From Chromera velia (taxonomy: Eukaryota): a stretch of 46,344 nt of DNA. This document shows positions 43,892 through 46,344 of this stretch, in pieces. Where the stretch lies: assembly GCA_018398765.1 (NCBI GenBank), contig JAHBMJ010000479.1, forward strand, positions 1-46,344, given 5' to 3'. The position numbers were made by a program, and so were the translations under genes. Numbering within the stretch: position 1 is the first letter of the stretch; the number at the start of each line of letters is the position of its first letter. The notes under the pieces were generated by a model. That model searched no databases. It saw nothing but the letters and a program-made list of their open reading frames with translations, and was not told the DNA's origin.

Positions 43892-44538
43892 GTCTGCCTT
43901 CCTCCCCTCCTTCCTGGCAGCCTGTCTTTCAGTCTGACTTACGTTTGTCTCCCAAGAGAAGAGGACAAGAAAAAATGTTCAGAATCGAATCCAGTTAGAA
44001 CCAAATGAAGCAACCAGCCGATATGCTGTCAGAACAGAATCGTACATGAACACACTGATTGATGCTCAAGATAGCCCGGTCACAGCCGTGGAGATCGACT
44101 GCAAGAAAGCTTGGCTCAAGCTGACTTTGTAGCTGCAGTTGGTTTTTTTTGGTCGCAGCTGCCGCCGCGCGGTCGGCCCCGGTAGTTCGGATTCTGGAAA
44201 ATTGACACACAAAAATGCCTTCCGGGCCACGCGGGCGCGTCGGGGCGAAGGTCGCCTCCGAGTTGCTTGGCTAGCTCCGCGGAGACGGCTCGAGCGAAAA
44301 ATCTCGGCAGACTGAAAAAATCCAAATCGCTTTGAAAAAACGATCTGCCAGAATTTCTTCAGATCTTCGAGGTATTTCACGACACTCCTTGTCTGCGTCA
44401 AGTGAATCTGCCCGGACTTCTTTGAGTGCTTGCTTTCTTTGTTGAACTTCTCCATCAAACCTCTGTAGCTACATCGAAGCTTCTTTAGATACTCCTGCTA
44501 ACTCTCTTGTCTTCGTACCCCTTTGGTCTCTCTTGACC

Positions 44539-44821
44539 ATGGTGATCAAGTGGCTCTCGCCAGCCGTTGTCCTTCTACTGTACCAGTGCTCCCTTACTCT
44601 GGGGGCACCGTCGGTCAGTAACGCTGCAACGGCGAGTCAAGCGCAGTCGACGGCCTCTGCCATTTCAGTGGCGGAGACGGCGACAGAGCCTGCGCTCTCA
44701 GCTGAGATCGAACCGATGGAGGAAAACTTTGACGCCGATGATGACTTCCCCTACTCCTCCAAAGACGCCGACGACGACTTTCCTTACTCTATGGAGACCT
44801 CCGGGGTCAGCCCTCCTTGCA

Positions 44822-44852
<31 letters not shown>

Positions 44853-45261
44853 GAACTCTGTCTACATGCACTATCTGTCAGCCACCCCTGAAGATGCTCA
44901 GTCTGCCACACTCTCTACCCATCAACCCAACCTACAATTTCGACAACCAGCTGAAGTCTCCGTATCATGACTTACTCCTCTTTGTCTTGCTGCACTTCCC
45001 TGTGCCTTACAGGACTTTGACGAGGACGCAGACGACTTCTTTGAGGACGAGGGGGTCCACCCGGTTGTCCTCGAGGACGGAAAGGTGATGGTGCCGAAAA
45101 TGACCTGGGAGGTCGTTGACCCCTCCGCTGAACCGGCTGGGGACGGTGAAGTGTCTGCTGAGACCTCTGACGAAGACGGAGCAGGTGCGTGTCCATCTTT
45201 GTGTGGCTCTGCTACTTTTCTTGCCTGATTCCGTCTTTGCCTGCCATTGCTCCGTCGCTTG

Positions 45262-45297
<36 letters not shown>

Positions 45298-45477
45298 TAA
45301 GTTCACTCTTTTATGTCAATACCTTGCTTTTATGGCACGAAGTACATAACCATTGTGCGTTCTTCTGCCTGCCTTTTTGCAGCAGCCCGCCGGCTGCACG
45401 GCTTTTTGGGACGACATGGGCGTCGCCTGTCTGAGAAGGACGAGGAGGAGCATGAGCAGACCGGTTCGTGTGGTGCT

Positions 45478-45522
<45 letters not shown>

Positions 45523-46344
45523 CTGAAATCTCTTGGAGACCTGACCGTCGCTAACTAGCAGGAAGATCTTCTTTTGTCGTCTCCGCCCACTTTTTCTTTT
45601 CATCATGCGTCTTTTCGCCTCCAGTTTCTCAAGTATGATGTCTCTCCTCTCCCTTTCTGCATGCAGGCACGACAGAAGAAGAGAACGAAAATCCCGATCA
45701 GATGGAGGAGAGTGGAGGTCGGTCACTTCTATTCCTTCCTTCCTCTCAACATCGTTCTTCCTGTGTGTGGAAGGAACATCGCGGCTCTTTGCGTCTTTGC
45801 TTTGATGTCACACGTGTATTCTGATACCTCACTGTAGGCCAAGTATAGCTTGTCCCCTCCCTCTCTGTTTCATACACTGCAGTCTTTCTCTCCTTTTGCT
45901 GCTCCATGAAAACAAGACAACCTTGAGTCGAGAGGAATGATTCGGATTCTTTTCTTTTCTCAGCTCTGTCGTGTCCCTATTTCTTCGGTGCAGCTGACTT
46001 GAAGTGTTCATTCGTCTTGATTGTGCAGAGCACCGAAAGCTGTACGGATACCGTGGGGGTTGGGGGCGCCCTTGGGGCTGGGGCTACCGGCCTTGGGGCC
46101 GCCCTTGGGGCTGGGGCTGGGGCCGCCGCCGCTGGGGGTGGGGAGGCTGGGGGCGGGGGCGCGGTGGCCGGTATGGCCGCGGCGGGCGAGGAGGCCGAGG
46201 CGGGCGCCGCGGCCTGAGTGAGACCTCTGGTGACCACGACCCCGAGGAGGCCTCTGAGAAGGATGACGCGATGACCCCGTCCGCAGACACGACAGAGGAA
46301 AACAGCGAGAACCCTGATGAGAACATCGACATGGACCTGGATGA
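44539..46344 (+). CDS. Secreted precursor with acidic spacers, RxL sites and a Trp/Arg/Gly-rich peptide (3'-truncated by the window); exons 44539-44805, 45013-45184, 45383-45463, 45667-45717, 46029->46344
   Basis: Signal peptide MVIKWLSPAVVLLLYQCSLTLGA. Five exons join in frame via GT-AG. Translation includes ...ARRLHGFLGRHGRRLSEKDEEE...EHRKLYGYRGGWGRPWGWGY...GGRRGLSETSGDHDPEE... Confidence 0.8.

Noticed and set aside
45977..46332. Ala/Gly-rich and Ala/Pro-rich ORFs in the track
   Set aside because: Shadow frames. The splice phase selects the Trp/Arg/Gly frame, which continues into an acidic spacer homologous to the previous one.

Overview
Intron-rich eukaryotic genomic DNA, inferred to be from a chromerid-type alveolate such as Chromera: SKP1 has an apicomplexan-like C-terminus and one protein has an ASA-F plastid leader. 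GC-richer gene blocks alternate with AT-rich blocks of decayed transposons. Genes reconstructed by hand with frame-consistent GT-AG splicing are: a GH3-domain protein (-), an intronless probably plastid-targeted NDH2 (+), an ERD2-related KDEL-receptor-family protein (+), SKP1 (-), a diacylglycerol-lipase-like class 3 lipase (+, 11 exons), a signal-peptide protein with a degenerate DNA polymerase X fold (-), and a secreted precursor that runs off the right edge (+). In that precursor, acidic spacers and R-x-L sites flank a 55-aa Trp/Arg/Gly peptide, which the ORF track misses. The repeat blocks hold a decayed Ty1/Copia element, a second LTR element with PBS and PPT but no recognisable pol, CTAGG...CCTAG elements with 8-bp target duplications, two foldback elements, and a BTB/POZ pseudogene inactivated by stop codons alone. 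The strongest leads are the RxL-processed peptide precursor, the Pol X pseudo-enzyme and a RIP-like C-to-T signature. All family assignments come from motif recognition by eye, not database searches.
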